A stretch of 64,000 nucleotides of DNA, from positions 64,001 to 128,000 of the forward strand of contig CAXBQP010000001.1 in NCBI GenBank assembly GCA_963978095.1. The letters are read 5' to 3'. Shown piece after piece: positions 60,086 to 64,000 of this stretch. The notes under the pieces were generated by a model that saw nothing but the letters and a program-made list of their open reading frames with translations, ran no database searches and was not told the DNA's origin. The translations under genes were made by a program, and so were the position numbers. How positions within the stretch are numbered: position 1 is the stretch's first letter; each line of letters opens with the position of its first letter. The DNA is from an uncultured bacterium (GTDB lineage Bacteria; Gemmatimonadota; Gemmatimonadetes; Gemmatimonadales; Gemmatimonadaceae).

Positions 60086-61327
60086 ATGCTTGAATACCAG
60101 AACCTCTTTACCCGCGTCCAGGTTCGGACGGCGCCCGACCCGGGCTTGCCCATCGACGAAGGCCTTGGCATGCGCCTCGGCAAGGGCGGTTACGGCGTGC
60201 TCGGCTATTGGCTCGGCAAGCTCGGCGACGCCCAGCTTGGCCCGATCTATCTCGGCCTCGAAGGAGCCGCCTCGCTGTTCTTCGGCTTTCTTGCCATCGA
60301 GATCATCGGACTGAACATGTGGCGCTCCGTGGGGTGGAGCCCCGTCCAGTTCGTCCGCCAGCTGCCCTGGCTCGCCCTCGAGCCGCCATCGCCGGAGTAC
60401 GGCCTGCATATTCCACCGCTCGACAAAGGCGGGTGGTATCTCATTGCCGGCTTCTTCCTGACCGCGGCCATCTTCTTGTGGTGGATGCGCACCTACAAGC
60501 GCGCCAAGGCCCTGAAGATGGGGATGCATCTCTGCTGGGCGTTCGGTTCGGCCATCTTCCTGTACATGGCCTTCTTCCTGCAGCCTGTCCTCGTCGGGTC
60601 GTACAGCGAGATGGTCCCATTCGGGCTCTTCCCCCATCTGGACTGGACGTCGGCCTTCTCGATCCGCTACGGGAACCTGTATTACAATCCGTTTCACGCG
60701 CTGTCGATCGTCTTCCTGTATGGATCGGCGCTGCTGTGGGCGATGCACGGCGCCACCATTCTGGCGGTCAGTCGCTACGGCGGTGAACGCGAGATCGAGC
60801 AGATCACGGATCGTGGTACAGCCGCGGAGCGCTCACAGCTGTTCTGGCGCTGGTGCATGGGGTGGAACGCCACCATGGAATCGATTCACCGTTGGGCGTG
60901 GTGGTTCGCCGTGCTGACCACCTTCACGGGAGGGATTGGCATCCTGCTGACGGGAACGGTCGTTGACAACTGGTATCTCTGGGCCGTCAAGCATCATGTC
61001 GCACCCGAGTATCCCAAGCAGAACACGCTCAGTGCACAGGAACTCGAACGCCTCCGCGGACGGTACGCCGGACGCATGAAGGGCGGGTATCCCAGCTACA
61101 CTGTTCCGCAGACGGCGACCCCGATGGATGCACCGGCCGCACCAGGCACGCCGTCCGTCGTCGGCGCGCCGACCGCATCGCCGAACGCATCGCCGAGCAT
61201 CGCGACACCAGCGGCAGCACCAGCCGCTGCGGCTCCTGCCGCGCAGTTGCCGGCATCGAAGCCTGCCGGCGGCGCTCCTGCTCCGAACCCCGCAGCGCCG
61301 GCGACACCGGCCGGGAGGAAGCCGTGA
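60086..61327 (+). CDS. pufM: Photosynthetic reaction centre M subunit with long Ala/Pro-rich C-terminal extension
   Basis: [50 protein letters not shown]. Confidence 0.99.
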   Translation: MLEYQNLFTRVQVRTAPDPGLPIDEGLGMRLGKGGYGVLGYWLGKLGDAQLGPIYLGLEGAASLFFGFLAIEIIGLNMWRSVGWSPVQFVRQLPWLALEPPSPEYGLHIPPLDKGGWYLIAGFFLTAAIFLWWMRTYKRAKALKMGMHLCWAFGSAIFLYMAFFLQPVLVGSYSEMVPFGLFPHLDWTSAFSIRYGNLYYNPFHALSIVFLYGSALLWAMHGATILAVSRYGGEREIEQITDRGTAAERSQLFWRWCMGWNATMESIHRWAWWFAVLTTFTGGIGILLTGTVVDNWYLWAVKHHVAPEYPKQNTLSAQELERLRGRYAGRMKGGYPSYTVPQTATPMDAPAAPGTPSVVGAPTASPNASPSIATPAAAPAAAAPAAQLPASKPAGGAPAPNPAAPATPAGRKP

Positions 61328-62448
61328 TGAAGCGCTCGTTCCTGATGCCACTGCGCAACAGTGCGCTGCTGGTGGCCACCCTCGCACTCGGCGCGTGTCG
61401 GTTCATCGACAACCGTGAGACTTCCCAACGCGGATATCGCGGGACGGGCATGCAGGTGGTGTATCCCTACAAGGCGACGGCGCACGCGTTCCAGGCAACG
61501 CGGTTGCCCAGCGTGCCGCCACCAGCCGGCGAGTCCCCGCCGGGTCCGCTGCCGTGGAAGAACGTCCAGGTGCTCAACGACGTGAGCGTCGCGGAGTTCA
61601 ACCGGACGATGATCTCCATGGCGGAATGGGTCGCCGGGCCTGGCAACTGCCAGTACTGCCACAACGTGGCCAACTTCGCCTCGGATACCGCGAACAACGG
61701 CAAACCGCTCTACACCAAGCTGGTGGCGCGTCGCATGTTGCAGATGACCCGCAACATCAACGGCAACTGGCAGGCCCACGTCGCGAACACCGGAGTCACC
61801 TGCTACACCTGTCACCGTGGGAAGCCGCTGCCGAACGGCCTGTGGTTCTACAGCAGCGAAACCCAGTACCTGCGGCATTATCTCGATTCCACGGGCGCAC
61901 GCGTGGTCTCGCACCAGATCTCGCCGAGCAACGCCAACCGGTCGAGCGTCAAGCAAACCGAGTGGACGTACGCCCTGATGATCTCGCAGGCTCGCTCGCT
62001 TGGGGTGAACTGCACGTACTGCCACAACACGCGTCAGTTCGCCAGCTGGGAACAAGCCCCGCCGCAGCGCGTCAAGGCGTATGACGGCATTCAGATGTTG
62101 CGCGATGTCAATCGCAACTACTTGGCACCGTTGCAGCCGGTGTTTCCCGCGGTGCGGCTCGGTGCCAAGGGTGATGCCCCCAAGGCCCAGTGCTTGACCT
62201 GTCACAACGGGGTCTACAAGCCCCTGTACGGGGCTCAGATGGTCAAGAACTACCCCGCGCTATGGGGACGTGACGCGTGGGCCGGGGTACCGTTCCCGGG
62301 CATCCACGGCCCGGCCAAACCGGACAGCGGCAAGAAGGTGGCCTCCGGGCAAACGACGGTCACGGGCCCCGTCACCGTCCCCACTCCGATGGCGAAGGCG
62401 ACGGCACCGGTCGCAAAGCCGACCCGGAGTGTACAGGAGCACCAGTAA
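61324..62448 (+). CDS. pufC: Reaction-centre-bound tetrahaem cytochrome c (lipoprotein)
   Basis: Lipobox [13 protein letters not shown], four CxxCH motifs (CQYCH, CYTCH, CTYCH, CLTCH). Confidence 0.97.
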   Translation: MMKRSFLMPLRNSALLVATLALGACRFIDNRETSQRGYRGTGMQVVYPYKATAHAFQATRLPSVPPPAGESPPGPLPWKNVQVLNDVSVAEFNRTMISMAEWVAGPGNCQYCHNVANFASDTANNGKPLYTKLVARRMLQMTRNINGNWQAHVANTGVTCYTCHRGKPLPNGLWFYSSETQYLRHYLDSTGARVVSHQISPSNANRSSVKQTEWTYALMISQARSLGVNCTYCHNTRQFASWEQAPPQRVKAYDGIQMLRDVNRNYLAPLQPVFPAVRLGAKGDAPKAQCLTCHNGVYKPLYGAQMVKNYPALWGRDAWAGVPFPGIHGPAKPDSGKKVASGQTTVTGPVTVPTPMAKATAPVAKPTRSVQEHQ

Positions 62449-62481
62449 CAACTGATTCACGCGACACCTGCCTTGAGTCGG

Positions 62482-62525
62482 CAAGAAAGCGGGGGTTCCC
62501 GGTACCGGGAACCCCCGCTTTCTTG
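62482..62525. terminator. Bidirectional intrinsic terminator between puf and puh
   Basis: Perfect 44-bp palindrome caagaaagcgggggttcccggt|accgggaacccccgctttcttg with U-rich tails on both strands. Confidence 0.85.
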
Positions 62526-62577
62526 TGGCGACGCGATCGCGGTGAACGATCTGCTGACGGAGTCGCTCGGAAAAGCG

Positions 62578-63060
62578 TTACTTCCCGGCGAGCAGCAGGA
62601 CGCGGAACGACTCGACTTGGGTCGGACCGAATGAGCTGATGGACACGCGTTCGCCGGTGGAGGGATCGTCCAACGTCATGCGCCCATTTTCCCATTGCGT
62701 GAGGATAAAGGGCTCCGACGGCTCGACATGTGCAGCCCGACGCGACCGCGCGAGACTCCGGATGGCACCGCGCAAGAACTGATCACTGTTCGGCGGCACC
62801 TGGAAGACGTTCCGGTGCGCGATCGCGTCATAGACGTCAATGCCACCATTCGTGGCGTCACTGAACACCAAGGACCGTGACCCGACCATGGGCCCGTCGG
62901 GCTCATCGTACGCGCCTCGCCCGAACCGCGTGGCGGAGATGGCGAACCAAAGCGTTGCAGCGACGATCACGAGTGCCACGACCAAGAATGGACGCGGGGG
63001 CGTCAGGTCCTGCATGGCCGACTGCTGCCCTGGCTCGCGTTCGAAATGAATCTGCGTCAT
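62578..63060 (-). CDS. puhC: Photosynthetic complex assembly protein PuhC
   Basis: One TM helix, RSLVFSD..GGIDVYD, FLRGAIRSLARSR, WENGRMTLDDPSTG..SFGPT. Confidence 0.92.
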   Translation of the reverse strand: MTQIHFEREPGQQSAMQDLTPPRPFLVVALVIVAATLWFAISATRFGRGAYDEPDGPMVGSRSLVFSDATNGGIDVYDAIAHRNVFQVPPNSDQFLRGAIRSLARSRRAAHVEPSEPFILTQWENGRMTLDDPSTGERVSISSFGPTQVESFRVLLLAGK

Positions 63061-63710
63061 ACGGTAACCGCGGAGAACCCGGTGATGCTGCCCGCGGCAG
63101 CGCCAGACGCTGGTGCAGCAGCCTCCGGTGCCGCTCCCTCGACGGCCAACGCGGCCGTCCGGAGGATCGCGCCGACGGCTGCGGCATCCCGCAGTCCGCG
63201 CAGGACCGGCTGCGGATTCTTGAGGTGCCAGGCTCTCACATGCGGCCACAGAATCAGCCACGCGAGTCGATCCGCCGATTGGACTTCGATCGCGATTTGC
63301 CCGGTCCCATCGCGGAACATGCGCGTCGCAGCCCCCCGGATCGACCGGAGTGGAAGATTCAGGGTCATCGGCAGTACGATGCCGATGCGCATCACCACGC
63401 GACGATCCGTGATGATGTACCGCGTCGTCCGCGCGCAAGCCACCGCCAGCACGAACGCGATGAGGATGGCGAACGCGGCGCTCCCGAGTTGCAGGCCCAG
63501 CATCTCTCGGAACTCGGCACTGCCGAGCGCCGATCGGGTGTTGAACGCCCACGCCCCGATCACCACGGCGAAATAGACGGTCAGCGCCCACACGTGGAAC
63601 GCGTGCCGCGCGAGCGCCGCTCGATCAGGCTGTTCCTCCCACAGCACCCGCTCCCCGACCGGAAGAGGTTCAGGGGCGCCAGGGATAAACCTCCGCTCGT
63701 CCACGACCAT
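63057..63710 (-). CDS. puhB: Photosynthetic complex assembly protein PuhB
   Basis: PEPLPVGERVLW, AFHV, RTTRYIITDRRVVMRIGIVLP, LWPHVRAW..PQPVLR. Confidence 0.93.
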   Translation of the reverse strand: MVVDERRFIPGAPEPLPVGERVLWEEQPDRAALARHAFHVWALTVYFAVVIGAWAFNTRSALGSAEFREMLGLQLGSAAFAILIAFVLAVACARTTRYIITDRRVVMRIGIVLPMTLNLPLRSIRGAATRMFRDGTGQIAIEVQSADRLAWLILWPHVRAWHLKNPQPVLRGLRDAAAVGAILRTAALAVEGAAPEAAAPASGAAAGSITGFSAVTV

Positions 63711-64000
63711 CAGAGCAGCGGTTGCGAGCGATCCGGCGTGGCGTACAGGTGACCGCCACCGTAGTACGCGCAAATCTTGTCTTCCTCCAAAAGGGTAATC
63801 TCGGTGCGGCTCTTCGTCCCCGGCACCTCGGAGAACTGGGCCGCCGTGATCGCCTTGACGCGCACATGATCCAACCCGAACAACCCCAAGTTCGGCCACG
63901 CCACGAACGTCACCGGGAGCAGAACGTGTCGTCCGCCCGTCGCGAGCGTCACCTCGTAATACCGGACCTGCGGCTCCGACCGATCGACCCACAGATCGGA
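63710..64000 (-). CDS. puhA: Reaction centre H subunit, C-terminal part (runs off the window)
   Basis: WVDRSEPQVRYYEV..VLLP..ITAAQF..ITLLEEDKICAYYGGG PRC-barrel signature. Confidence 0.93.
   Translation of the reverse strand, partial: SDLWVDRSEPQVRYYEVTLATGGRHVLLPVTFVAWPNLGLFGLDHVRVKAITAAQFSEVPGTKSRTEITLLEEDKICAYYGGGHLYATPDRSQPLL

Noticed and set aside
62482..62525. Perfect 44-bp palindrome as a mobile-element end or recombination site
   Set aside because: Single copy between convergent operons with U-rich tails on both sides, which fits a bidirectional terminator.
63710..64000. Split H subunit (H1/H2) as reported for G. phototrophica
   Set aside because: Cannot be assessed because the 5' part of puhA lies outside the window.

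Overview
GC-rich bacterial chromosomal window, almost certainly from a phototrophic Gemmatimonadota (Gemmatimonas-like). The assignment rests on the two distinct LH alpha genes after a single pufB, the extended PufM and the many Tat-exported and carboxypeptidase-regulatory-like proteins. Bases 1-47,300 hold housekeeping and accessory genes: tal-pyk, a CarH/LitR B12 photoreceptor divergent from fasciclin-SRPBCC, an OmpA fusion, sahR-ahcY, lspA, hrpB, mscL, a probable 3-ketoglycoside sugar pathway in two blocks, a YjbH/SpxH-flavin monooxygenase fusion paired with a PLP enzyme, msrBA, a DEAD-box helicase and a sensor-less two-component pair. Bases 47,318-64,000 are part of an anoxygenic photosynthesis gene cluster: puhE-bchD-bchI (-), crtF-bchCXYZ (+), bchO (-), pufB-pufA-pufA-pufL-pufM-pufC (+), puhC-puhB-puhA (-, truncated by the window edge). 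Tandem PpsR palindromes and intercistronic puf hairpins are visible. pufB and the first pufA are missing from the ORF track and were translated by hand. No rRNA, tRNA, CRISPR array or mobile element was recognised. All family calls come from motif recognition, not database searches.
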